64,000 bases of DNA from a virus: positions 52,221-116,220 of IMG/VR virus record IMGVR_UViG_3300028027_000047. One strand, given 5' to 3'. A program made the translations under genes and the position numbers. The notes under the pieces were generated by a model. The model was not told where the DNA came from. It did not search any database and saw only the letters and a program-made list of their open reading frames with translations. Each line of letters begins with the position of its first letter. The first letter of the stretch is position 1. Positions 55,304 to 64,000 of the stretch are shown here, one piece after another.

Positions 55304-55837
55304 ATGAATAAGACATATTTAGATGATAATGTTTACACCATTGCTAATTTTTTAAGCGAAGAAGAGCTTCTTGCTCTTGATGCAATAATTTACGACGATG
55401 AACCTTGGGAACTCTCAGAGGTTTCCAAAACTAGCCATACATCTAACCTTAAAGATACTGTGTGGAAAACTAATATTAAGGTGATTAAAGATAAAAGCCT
55501 TCTTAAAGCAATTAATGACAAGATAAAGCTTCTGTACCCAGACTTACTAATAACCGAAGTACGTGCATTGCAAAGGTTATTCCCAGGACAAATACTAGAA
55601 GCTCATTTTGATAAAAGTAGATATAGCCCTTATGTAGAGCGTGGTTTCATTTGTTATATTAATGATAATTACGATGGAGGACAGTTGTATTATCCATATA
55701 AGGGGTTTGAATATAAGCCAGTTAGAGGTTCTTTTGCTTCTCACCCCGCTACTGAAGAGTATACTCATGGCGTAAAACCTTCATCCGATAATATAAGATA
55801 TATTCTGACATCATTTGGCATAGCCAAAAAAATTTAG
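55304..55837 (+). CDS. 2OG-Fe(II) oxygenase
   Basis: HFD...YINDNYDGGQLYY...HGV...RY. Confidence 0.88.
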   Translation: MNKTYLDDNVYTIANFLSEEELLALDAIIYDDEPWELSEVSKTSHTSNLKDTVWKTNIKVIKDKSLLKAINDKIKLLYPDLLITEVRALQRLFPGQILEAHFDKSRYSPYVERGFICYINDNYDGGQLYYPYKGFEYKPVRGSFASHPATEEYTHGVKPSSDNIRYILTSFGIAKKI

Positions 55838-56066
55838 TCTCTACCGTCGCCGCACTTTCGCACTATTAGCGAAGCTTGATCAATTTTAAGTAAAAGTTAT
55901 AAATCTTATCTTTAATAGAATGAATTTTTTCTTCTGGGGATCCCTGCTTGTAATCATTTGCAGCAAAATGATACCAGTTACCAGCATTTTGTGTGTGGCT
56001 ACCAGTAAATTTAGCAAAGTATCTTGGGCTCATGAATTAATTATACACCCTATTTAATAAAAAAAG

Positions 56067-56101
56067 AAAACCCAATCAGAGGCGGATCCGATTGGGTTTT
56101 T
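56067..56101. terminator. bidirectional terminator
   Basis: AAAACCCAATC..GATTGGGTTTT with A and T tracts on both sides, at convergent transcription. Confidence 0.7.
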
Positions 56102-56186
56102 GTATCTTTACGATACTTTGTATGAGGAACATTTTGCAATGCTACTACTCATACAAACATAATTATATATTAGTTAAAAACTAATG

Positions 56187-56399
56187 TCAATCATTTTCTT
56201 CGTTAGGCCTAAAGGCTGGCTCTGGGCCCAATAGATATCCTTGTTCGTGATACTCTATCATTTTGCTAACTTCTTCTTGCCCTACAGATCCCTTTGCTAT
56301 TAAACTTAGCATGTCGTATATTCTGTGAAGCATAATATAGTTAACCATTGGAAGGTTCTCTTCCAGGTTATTTTTTTCATCAATCTGGTCTTCCAGCAT
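56187..56399 (-). CDS. hypothetical protein
   Basis: ENLPMVNYIMLHRIYD. Confidence 0.65.
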   Translation of the reverse strand: MLEDQIDEKNNLEENLPMVNYIMLHRIYDMLSLIAKGSVGQEEVSKMIEYHEQGYLLGPEPAFRPNEEND

Positions 56400-56486
56400 C
56401 TTGCCACCATATCTCTCTACCCATTGCATCTGTTATGATCATTGGAGTTGACTCGTTTTCTAATATTTCTTTTGGATTTATTTCCA

Positions 56487-57440
56487 TTATACACCCCTAG
56501 ATTTAATAAAATCATACATTTCTACGTCATGCTGATTTCTATATAAAATTTTATCAATTACGTGCTTTGGCAAAGTTTTTTTAAATTCCGATGTAGAGAA
56601 AGGGCTTCTATTCAAATAGAGGTCATTTACTTTGTGTGACAAATACCCCTCTGACTGAATTAATGAATTAATTTTTATATCAAAGTCTTTTTTATTTTCT
56701 AGAGTACCTATTAAAGAAAATTTATTAATATGGTCTTTCCAATTTTTTTCATTTGTCTCTTTGGCCAGTGACCTGGGATCTTTTACGTAGGCATCATATG
56801 GACCTTGCTGACGCCTTATGTCTAAATCAGAAAGAGCAAAGCTGGAGATTGTTTTAGCAGATGTAATATCCAAAGAAGAAGTTATGTTCTTTGATTGTAA
56901 GTTTTTTGTGAATCTTTCAGACATCATGTATATCTGAAAGTCTTCTACGCTAGGCTGCTCTTCAGTTGTTATAAATTTATTTTTGTATAAATACTCGCTA
57001 ATGCATCTATCAACTGGATCCCTTAATAATGTAAAGGTATGTAATTTTTTATTATTTTTTAAAAATAAATCTACTGGGTATGAAGCAAAATGGCCGCTAA
57101 TAAAGCTAGATGATAATAGTAATTCATCGTTTATGTATGAAATATAGTTTCTATATATCTGTAAGTCATTGAAATAATCTACTAGGTTAGCGTACAACGA
57201 TACCCCAGATGTTTTATAAATATGCATATGGTAAAACGGTACTCTATTATCTTCTGGAACTACTTTTATATTTTTTATTTTGATGTTTCTATTTTCATCA
57301 ATTATTGTCATCCCTGGTTGCAAAAAAACAACTGGGAGATCTTTTATTTCTTTCCTGTCTGTATGTATAACCCAGGAGTCAGGAACAATTACTTTAAATA
57401 TTGTTTTATCTGGGTATGTCTTATTGTTTATTATTATCAT
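56487..57440 (-). CDS. sulfotransferase family protein
   Basis: HIYKTSGVS, ISGH, TLLRDPVDRCISEY, NQHDVEMY. Confidence 0.82.
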   Translation of the reverse strand: MIIINNKTYPDKTIFKVIVPDSWVIHTDRKEIKDLPVVFLQPGMTIIDENRNIKIKNIKVVPEDNRVPFYHMHIYKTSGVSLYANLVDYFNDLQIYRNYISYINDELLLSSSFISGHFASYPVDLFLKNNKKLHTFTLLRDPVDRCISEYLYKNKFITTEEQPSVEDFQIYMMSERFTKNLQSKNITSSLDITSAKTISSFALSDLDIRRQQGPYDAYVKDPRSLAKETNEKNWKDHINKFSLIGTLENKKDFDIKINSLIQSEGYLSHKVNDLYLNRSPFSTSEFKKTLPKHVIDKILYRNQHDVEMYDFIKSRGV

Positions 57441-57642
57441 TTAAATTAACCCGCTTAACTATATTCTCATAAGTAGCTGCACCTATATTTTTCAGGTATT
57501 TGCACTCCAAGCAGTATAAAAAAATATTATCTTCTAAATCTTGATTACAAAAAAGAAGGGATTGGTCTACTGGGCATAAAAGCTTTTCAACCAATCCTTC
57601 TTCTGACATGGAGATGTAAGTTGATACGTATTGTATCCTCAT
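57421..57642 (-). CDS. zinc-ribbon protein
   Basis: CPVD...CLEC. Confidence 0.65.
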   Translation of the reverse strand: MRIQYVSTYISMSEEGLVEKLLCPVDQSLLFCNQDLEDNIFLYCLECKYLKNIGAATYENIVKRVNLNDNNKQ

Positions 57643-57652
57643 CCCATCTCCT

Positions 57653-58201
57653 TTACTTTGTCGGAAATTTTAATAAAAATTCCTTAGCTCTTGGGGTCAT
57701 ACCCTTCCAAGCTGACCAATCGATACCGCCATTGGTCATATAGTACGTTATCTCTGCGTTTGTTACTGGGTCGAATAACTCTTTGTTACTCTGTAGACCA
57801 AATTTCTCAAGTCTTGTAGGACCAAGATCTCCGATCATATTTATCTGAAATAGTCCGTAAGAACTATCTCCTGTATTCCTATTCCCGTTATATGCAAGCG
57901 GTCTTCCATTAGATTCACGCTTTGCTATGGACCAAGCTTTTTTAAGGCCTACTCCTTCGAATCCTACAGTCTCCAGAAGTGTTAACAACTCTTGATCTGT
58001 AAGCATCTCAGACGGCTTGTAAATTTCTTTACTAAAACTATCTAAGACTTCTTGCTTTAATTGGGCTTCAGTTTTCACTAAAGGTTTTACTACAGGTAAA
58101 GCGTTTGCAGGTGATCCAAACAAAAATAACATTGTTACTGCTATTATTGTCCAGTCACGAACCAAATCGCTAAACTGTTGCTTTATATTCTCCATTGGCA
58201 T
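57653..58201 (-). CDS. lytic transglycosylase / lysozyme-like protein, membrane-anchored
   Basis: IAKRESNG, SYGLFQIN, LFDPVTNA, WSAW. Confidence 0.85.
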   Translation of the reverse strand: MPMENIKQQFSDLVRDWTIIAVTMLFLFGSPANALPVVKPLVKTEAQLKQEVLDSFSKEIYKPSEMLTDQELLTLLETVGFEGVGLKKAWSIAKRESNGRPLAYNGNRNTGDSSYGLFQINMIGDLGPTRLEKFGLQSNKELFDPVTNAEITYYMTNGGIDWSAWKGMTPRAKEFLLKFPTK

Positions 58202-58397
58202 TTCCTCCTATAGAGATAACGAACTCTAAGAATAGCATTGATTATAAACACCTGTCAAGTTAGTTGACTAAAATGCTATCTCACATAATGATATTCTTTA
58301 AAATATTTTTTAGCCCTAGACCATTAAATAAAAGTTTGATACACTAGGACTTCACTTAAAATTAGCACCGCAAGGCGGAGAAAAGGTCGTATAATAA

Positions 58398-60332
58398 ATG
58401 TCACAAACTATTGAAAATCCTTATGAAAACTTTATTGCCCTATCCAGGTATGCAAAGTGGGTAGAAGCAGAAGGGCGTAGAGAAACTTGGGGAGAAACAG
58501 TAGATAGATATTTTACATTTATGACTAATCATTTAAAGACAAATCACAATTATATTCCAAATGAAAAGCTTGTTGCGGAATTAAAAGAGTTTGTTTTTGA
58601 AAGAAATGTAATGCCATCTATGAGATCAGTAATGACTTCAGGTGCTGCTTTAGAAAGAGATAATGTTGCTGGATATAACTGTGCCTTCCTTCCAGTTGAT
58701 TCCCCTCGTTCATTTGATGAAACAATGTATGTACTTATGTGTGGAACTGGTGTCGGATTCTCAGTTGAATACAAGTACATCAATAAGCTTCCCTCAGTAC
58801 CAGAAAAACTTGAAAAATCAGATACTGTAATTGTTGTTGAAGATTCAAAACAAGGTTGGGCTAAATCTTATCGTGAATTACTTGCATTACTGTGGACAGG
58901 TCATATCCCCGCAATCGATGTTTCTAAAGTTAGACCTGCTGGAGCAAGACTTAAGACAATGGGTGGAAGATCTTCTGGCCCACAACCACTTATAAACCTT
59001 TTTGATTTTACAATTGCAAAATTTAAAAATGCAGCAGGAAGAAATCTTAAGCCAATTGAATGTCACGACATAATGTGTAAAATTGGTGAAGTTGTTGTTG
59101 TGGGTGGCGTAAGACGATCAGCAATGATTTCTCTTTCTAACATCAACGATATTGAAATGGCGCAGGCTAAGTCGGGAAACTGGTGGGAGCCAAGTCCACA
59201 ACGTGCATTATCAAATAACTCTGTTGCATACTCACGCAAGCCAGAGATGGAGCAATTTATTGCAGAATGGAAATCTCTTTATGATTCAAAGTCGGGAGAA
59301 CGAGGCATATACAATGTGGCCGCAGCTCAAGCCCAGGCAGCCAAGTTTGGAAGAAGAGATCCAGATATACACTACGGAACTAACCCGTGCTCAGAAATTA
59401 TTTTACGTCCTTATCAGTTTTGCAACCTTTCAGAAGTGGTATTACGTGAAAATGATACAAAGAAAGACATTCAACGCAAAGTTGAGCTTGCTACAATTCT
59501 TGGAACTTGGCAGTCAACGCTAACTGACTTTAAGTACCTACGTAAAATTTGGAAAGATAACACAGAAGAAGAAAGGCTGCTTGGAGTTTCCCTTACAGGG
59601 CAGTTTGGCCATAAGTTTATGTCTGGCAAAGAAGATCTAGTAATGCTTGAGTCATTCTTAATGACAATGCGTGAAAGAGCAAGAGAAGTTAATAAAGAAG
59701 AGGCTGGGAAAATTGGGATTCCTGAGTCTGCCGCCATTACTTGCGTAAAGCCTTCTGGAACAGTATCTCAATTGGTCGGGGTATCTTCAGGAATGCATCC
59801 ATGGCATTCACCGTATTACATTCGCACAGTTCGTGGCTCAAAAGGAGATCCTATCTCTACATTTTTGAAGGAAGTCGGAATTCCAGTGGAAGACGACGTC
59901 ATGAAGCCAAACGACACTTATGTATTTTCATTTCCAGTAAAAGCGCCAGAAGGTGCAATTGTTAGAAATGATTTAACAGCCATTCAGCACCTAGACATAT
60001 GGCTAGTTTATCAACGTGCTTGGTGTGAGCATAAGCCATCGATTACAGTTTCCGTTAAAGAAGATGAATGGATGGAAGTAGGAGCTTGGGTATATAAAAA
60101 CTTTGATGAAGTTTCTGGCATATCTTTTCTGCCTCACTCAGATCACACATACAAGCAGGCCCCGTACCAGGAGGTATCAAAAAAAGAATATGATGACCTT
60201 GTATTAAAAATGCCCAAAGATATTCGTTGGGAAGATTTATCATTCTACGAAACAGAAGATGGGACATCACCCTCTGCCACGCTAGCTTGCAGTTCTGACG
60301 GTAATTGCGAACTTGTGGATATTTCCGCATAG
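58398..60332 (+). CDS. nrdJ: class II (adenosylcobalamin-dependent) ribonucleotide reductase
   Basis: YNCAF, GGVRRSAMISL, GTNPCSEI, CNLSE, TCVKPSGTVSQL, C-terminal Cys pair. Confidence 0.93.
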   Translation: MSQTIENPYENFIALSRYAKWVEAEGRRETWGETVDRYFTFMTNHLKTNHNYIPNEKLVAELKEFVFERNVMPSMRSVMTSGAALERDNVAGYNCAFLPVDSPRSFDETMYVLMCGTGVGFSVEYKYINKLPSVPEKLEKSDTVIVVEDSKQGWAKSYRELLALLWTGHIPAIDVSKVRPAGARLKTMGGRSSGPQPLINLFDFTIAKFKNAAGRNLKPIECHDIMCKIGEVVVVGGVRRSAMISLSNINDIEMAQAKSGNWWEPSPQRALSNNSVAYSRKPEMEQFIAEWKSLYDSKSGERGIYNVAAAQAQAAKFGRRDPDIHYGTNPCSEIILRPYQFCNLSEVVLRENDTKKDIQRKVELATILGTWQSTLTDFKYLRKIWKDNTEEERLLGVSLTGQFGHKFMSGKEDLVMLESFLMTMRERAREVNKEEAGKIGIPESAAITCVKPSGTVSQLVGVSSGMHPWHSPYYIRTVRGSKGDPISTFLKEVGIPVEDDVMKPNDTYVFSFPVKAPEGAIVRNDLTAIQHLDIWLVYQRAWCEHKPSITVSVKEDEWMEVGAWVYKNFDEVSGISFLPHSDHTYKQAPYQEVSKKEYDDLVLKMPKDIRWEDLSFYETEDGTSPSATLACSSDGNCELVDISA

Positions 60333-60400
60333 TGGTAGAATTATAGTATTCGGCCTAGCCGAAAATTCCAAGGGCAAATTGCCCACAAGGAGATAACAAA

Positions 60401-60640
60401 ATGGCTAAATTTGCAAAAGCAGATTTAAACAAAGATGGAAAGGTAACTATGCAAGAACAGATCCTAGCAGCACTAGCAAGCTACGGAAGAGCATTTCTTT
60501 CAGCAGCACTAGCCTTATACATGACAGGTAATACAAATCCTAAAGATTTGCTACTTGGCGGAATTGCAGCGGTAGCGCCCGTAATCCTAAAGGCATTAAA
60601 TCCAAATGATAAGAGTTTTGGATTTACCAACAAGGCCTAA
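60401..60640 (+). CDS. holin-like membrane protein
   Basis: DLNKDGKVT EF-hand-like start, two TM helices, ALNPND..FG. Confidence 0.6.
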   Translation: MAKFAKADLNKDGKVTMQEQILAALASYGRAFLSAALALYMTGNTNPKDLLLGGIAAVAPVILKALNPNDKSFGFTNKA

Positions 60641-60708
60641 GTTATAGTCAATTGGGAAGTCCCTTATGCTAAAATTGGCATAAGGGCTTTTCTAATTTAG
60701 GGGTAAAT

Positions 60709-61053
60709 GTGGCAGCGCAAAAAAATTTCGAAGTAGACCAAAATACGACTTTTACATTTGAAGTTCAGTATCTTGACGAAGACCAAACCCCAATTCAGTT
60801 AAATTTTCATGAAGCAAAACTCCAAGTTAGAGATACCCAGGGTGGCAAAAAACTAGCATTTACATTAACAGAGCAAGATGGAATACAAATTAGCCCAACA
60901 GAAGGAAAGCTAAAGATTTCTATTTCTGCTGACAGAACAAACAAGATGTTCTATCCAAAATCTGCATACGACCTAGTTATAGTTGACCCAAGCGTTAATA
61001 AGACAAGATTATTAGAAGGGTACATGACTCTAAATAGGTCAGTAACGGTATAA
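60709..61053 (+). CDS. virion structural protein (BppU-like baseplate/tail)
   Basis: AKLQVR...AYDL...RLLEG.MTL...VT. Confidence 0.65.
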   Translation: MAAQKNFEVDQNTTFTFEVQYLDEDQTPIQLNFHEAKLQVRDTQGGKKLAFTLTEQDGIQISPTEGKLKISISADRTNKMFYPKSAYDLVIVDPSVNKTRLLEGYMTLNRSVTV

Positions 61054-61490
61054 TGGCAACACGTTTAATAGTAACCGAGAATAACCCCCTAGTAGTTGTA
61101 AGGTCTACTGGTGCGCCAGGGCGCACAATTATAAGCGGACAAGGAAATCCAAATAATGCTCTTGGAGTTCCTGGAGATTTTTATTTTGATACAAATACAA
61201 CAAGATTCTGGGGTCCAAAAGACACACAGACAAATACGTGGAATATAGCAAAAAGTTTCATTCTGGATAAGCAGATATCACTGACTCATTCTTGGGAACT
61301 AGCACAGATAGTTGGACCAGTAAATGGAATTTACTCGTTGCCAATAACACATAACCTTGGGTTCCACCCCAATGTGACTGTTAAGTCAAGTGCTGGGGAT
61401 ATATTAGAAACTGGAATAGACTATAATAGTATAAACATATTAACACTGACTATGGCACAACCGTTTTCAGGGACAGCATATCTGTCATAA
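61053..61490 (+). CDS. tail-associated protein
   Basis: G.PGDFYFD, ITHNLGFHPNVTV, FSGTAYL. Confidence 0.65.
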   Translation: MATRLIVTENNPLVVVRSTGAPGRTIISGQGNPNNALGVPGDFYFDTNTTRFWGPKDTQTNTWNIAKSFILDKQISLTHSWELAQIVGPVNGIYSLPITHNLGFHPNVTVKSSAGDILETGIDYNSINILTLTMAQPFSGTAYLS

Positions 61491-61502
61491 GGGAGAAAGA
61501 AA

Positions 61503-62702
61503 ATGGCAAAAAAGTTTTTAGTTAGCATTGACCTCAATAAAAATGAGCTCTTAAATGCTAGAATTCAGAATTTAGGCTCAGCTCCATCTAATCCAGTAAT
61601 TGGTCAAATTTACTATAACAGTGGCGACAATGTTATGTACTACTACAATGGACTAGCATCACCAGACGGTCCATGGCAATCAATGAGCGGTTCTCAAGAA
61701 GTAATTCAAGATGTAATCGGCGCTTCAATTGAAGGCGGAGTTGGCTTAACAAGAACATACGTAGATTCTACAGGAATCACAACAATAGATTTAGATAATA
61801 CCGCAGTAACTGCTGGTTCATACGGATCACAAACAAAGATACCGACATTCACAGTAGATCAGCAAGGTAGATTAACTGCAGCTGGTCAGGTTGATGTAGC
61901 AACAGAGCTTGCAATAACTGGAGACACTGGAAATACATCCATTTCATTACTTACAGAAGGATTAACTGTAAATGGTGGAGAAGGAATTGATGTTGCTGTA
62001 ACAAATAATGCAATTACAATTTCTGGTGAAGACGCAAGCACAACAAACAAAGGTGTTGCTTCTTTTGATGCAGCAGACTTTAATGTAAACGCAGGCGTAG
62101 TATCTGTAAAAGATATTAATTTAGATTCACAAACAACAGGTGACTATGTAGCAACTATTGTAGGAACAGCAAATGAAATTACTGTTTCTCCAAATAGCGG
62201 ACACAACGCAGCGGTAACCGTAGGCTTGCCAGACAATGTAGAAATTACTGGAAACTTGCAGGTTGGTGGAAACCTCAATGTTATTGGAACTGTTAACTCT
62301 GTAAATACGACACAGATTAATATTGAAGATAATAAGGTAAAGCTAAATAGCAATTTTGCTGGCACACCAACGACAGATGCTGGAATAACAGTAGAGCGTG
62401 GACTAGATACAGATGTAGAAATTCTATGGAATGAAACTTCAGACAAATGGACATTAACAAATAATGGAACATCCTATCATGCAATTGCTAGAAAGTATGC
62501 AGAAACACTTGGTGCATCTGCTACATCTTATACAATAACACATGACTTGGGAACAACTGATGTAACTGTTCAAATATTTGAAGCAGCATCACCATTTGCA
62601 CAGATTGAAGCCGATGTAAAAAGGTCTAGCTCAAATACAGTAACAGTAGACTTTGCAGTAGCCCCGTCAGCTGGAGAATATAAAGTAGTAGTTGTAGGAT
62701 AA
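61503..62702 (+). CDS. tail fibre protein
   Basis: VTAGSYG..TFTVDQQGRLTAA, TKGVASF, ITHDLGTTDVTVQ. Confidence 0.75.
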   Translation: MAKKFLVSIDLNKNELLNARIQNLGSAPSNPVIGQIYYNSGDNVMYYYNGLASPDGPWQSMSGSQEVIQDVIGASIEGGVGLTRTYVDSTGITTIDLDNTAVTAGSYGSQTKIPTFTVDQQGRLTAAGQVDVATELAITGDTGNTSISLLTEGLTVNGGEGIDVAVTNNAITISGEDASTTNKGVASFDAADFNVNAGVVSVKDINLDSQTTGDYVATIVGTANEITVSPNSGHNAAVTVGLPDNVEITGNLQVGGNLNVIGTVNSVNTTQINIEDNKVKLNSNFAGTPTTDAGITVERGLDTDVEILWNETSDKWTLTNNGTSYHAIARKYAETLGASATSYTITHDLGTTDVTVQIFEAASPFAQIEADVKRSSSNTVTVDFAVAPSAGEYKVVVVG

Positions 62703-62706
62703 TAAA

Positions 62707-63165
62707 ATGTCCAGACAAATGAAGGTTGCACTTAATCTTCTTACTTCTATGGAGAACCCCGACATAGCCACTGTTGGAGATATATATTTCAACGTAGTAA
62801 GCAAGAACTTAAGAATATATAACGGTACGGTTTGGGTAGAGCTTACCCCGCCCAGCACAGACCCAACACCATTTTATATGCACACCCATACATTTGATGG
62901 AAATGTTCATACAATTGATGTTCAAAATAAGATTACATTTAAGGAAACAAATACTTCAGATTCTCCCAATCTAGTATTACCACTTGTAATTGGATACGAC
63001 GGACAAAATCCTTCAACATCAAACCAAGGCGGAACATTTGAAAACCAAACATTGCTTGATGGCGGAAACCCAGAAGGCAGCGTTACAGTAGTACAAGACG
63101 AAGTTCTAGAAGGAGGAAGTTCTGCAGACAACGATGGTATAATTGTTGATGCAGGAGGTTCATAA
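62707..63165 (+). CDS. tail-associated protein
   Basis: GDIYFN...IYNGTVW, DGG repeats. Confidence 0.65.
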   Translation: MSRQMKVALNLLTSMENPDIATVGDIYFNVVSKNLRIYNGTVWVELTPPSTDPTPFYMHTHTFDGNVHTIDVQNKITFKETNTSDSPNLVLPLVIGYDGQNPSTSNQGGTFENQTLLDGGNPEGSVTVVQDEVLEGGSSADNDGIIVDAGGS

Positions 63166-63166
63166 A

Positions 63167-64000
63167 ATGGCATCATTAAGAATACAACTTAGAAGAGACA
63201 CAGCAGCAAACTGGGTGTCTAACAACCCAATACTATTATCAGGTGAACTTGGCATTGAAACAGATACCCTTAAGTTTAAAATTGGTAATGGTTCAAGATG
63301 GAATGCAACAACTTCCTATGCATTTAAAGCTGGAGAAGCCAATGGCCTAGCCACACTAAACTCTTCTGGAAAAATTCCTTCATCTCAGCTACCAGATTCA
63401 ATATCAGTAGGAGGAGACTTTACAGCAGCAATTGCAGCTTTAACTACAAACTCTATTACAGAAGGCTCAACAAATAAATATTTTACAAATCAAAGAGCAA
63501 TCGACGCAGTGGCTTCAGCTATTTCATCTGCAATCGCAGCCGAAACTACAAATAGAAATACTGCCATTGCAACTGCAAAAACAGAGGCAATAAATACAGC
63601 TTCAAATGATGCTACAAACAAATCTGCAACTGCAAAAGCAGAAGCTATTGCTGCTGCTGGAATCGCAGCAGATAATAAAGATACAGCATCAGCAGCTTCT
63701 GCAGTCACAACAGCAAATTCTTATACAGATACTAAGATTGCAACAGAAGTTTCAAATAGAAGCAATGCAATAAATACAGCAATATCAACTGAAATTACAA
63801 ACAGAAATACTGCAATCACCGCAGCAGTTTCTGGCATTACTGCTGGTACTGGAACTCAAGGTCCTGCTGGCGAAACAGGCGCAACTGGTCCACAAGGATT
63901 AAAAGGTGACACTGGCGCAACAGGCGCAACTGGTCCACAAGGATTAAAAGGTGACACTGGCGCAACAGGCGCAACTGGTCCACAAGGATTAAAAGGTGAC
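63167..64000 (+). CDS. tail fibre with Mtd-N/hyaluronidase-type N-terminus and collagen-like repeats (runs off the window)
   Basis: [38 protein letters not shown]; Gly-X-Y repeats; no stop in window. Confidence 0.82.
   Translation, partial: MASLRIQLRRDTAANWVSNNPILLSGELGIETDTLKFKIGNGSRWNATTSYAFKAGEANGLATLNSSGKIPSSQLPDSISVGGDFTAAIAALTTNSITEGSTNKYFTNQRAIDAVASAISSAIAAETTNRNTAIATAKTEAINTASNDATNKSATAKAEAIAAAGIAADNKDTASAASAVTTANSYTDTKIATEVSNRSNAINTAISTEITNRNTAITAAVSGITAGTGTQGPAGETGATGPQGLKGDTGATGATGPQGLKGDTGATGATGPQGLKGD
63869..64000 (+). repeat. 45-bp tandem repeat encoding collagen-like [15 protein letters not shown]
   Basis: units start at 63869, 63914 and 63959 (partial). Confidence 0.9.

Noticed and set aside
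63167-64000. Diversity-generating retroelement suggested by the Mtd-like N-terminus
   Set aside because: No reverse transcriptase or TR/VR pair is visible; this N-terminal domain is common in tail fibres
1-64000. Alternative genetic code or lysogeny module
   Set aside because: Long conserved genes translate intact with code 11, there is no suppressor tRNA, and no integrase or repressor was recognised in this window

Overview
This is a 64-kb slice of a large, AT-rich lytic dsDNA tailed phage (Caudoviricetes), most likely infecting Actinobacteria. The host call rests on WhiB, an Lsr2-like protein, a DesA-type acyl-ACP desaturase and a short-variable-arm tRNA-Leu. Layout: (1) 1-14.5 kb (+) replication, recombination and packaging genes (DnaB, DnaG, SSB, DnaE, MazG, RecA, Cas4-like nuclease, RuvC, terminase). 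(2) 14.5-40.5 kb (+) accessory and lysis region (tRNAs, CHAP lysin, SNase, Hsp20, WhiB, Ntn protease, subtilase, thioredoxin, many 2OG-Fe(II) oxygenases, sulfotransferase, APS kinase fusion, RsmI-like, HNH). (3) 40.5-41 kb origin- or terminus-like non-coding stretch. (4) 41-53.2 kb (-) block of small putative early genes. (5) 53.3-64 kb desaturase, tRNA-Ile(UAU), transglycosylase, class II RNR and the start of the tail-fibre module. The most striking unexplained signal is regulatory and lies in the early block. It has 16 copies of a non-canonical promoter (TGTCAG-N10-TAnnnT) and about 12 genes sharing an AACGAAAG leader. A separately promoted ~160-nt structured RNA (44400-44241) has a hairpin loop antisense to that leader, and a second such loop follows the Lsr2-like gene. 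Ten co-oriented ~45-60-bp gapped elements (TTYCAGG-N16/18-CGTAA-N13-CCC-N8-GCGGGC) have spacers and flanks packed with DnaA boxes, CRP-like sites and CGACACGCC boxes. All protein calls come from recognising motifs by eye; no database searches were run.
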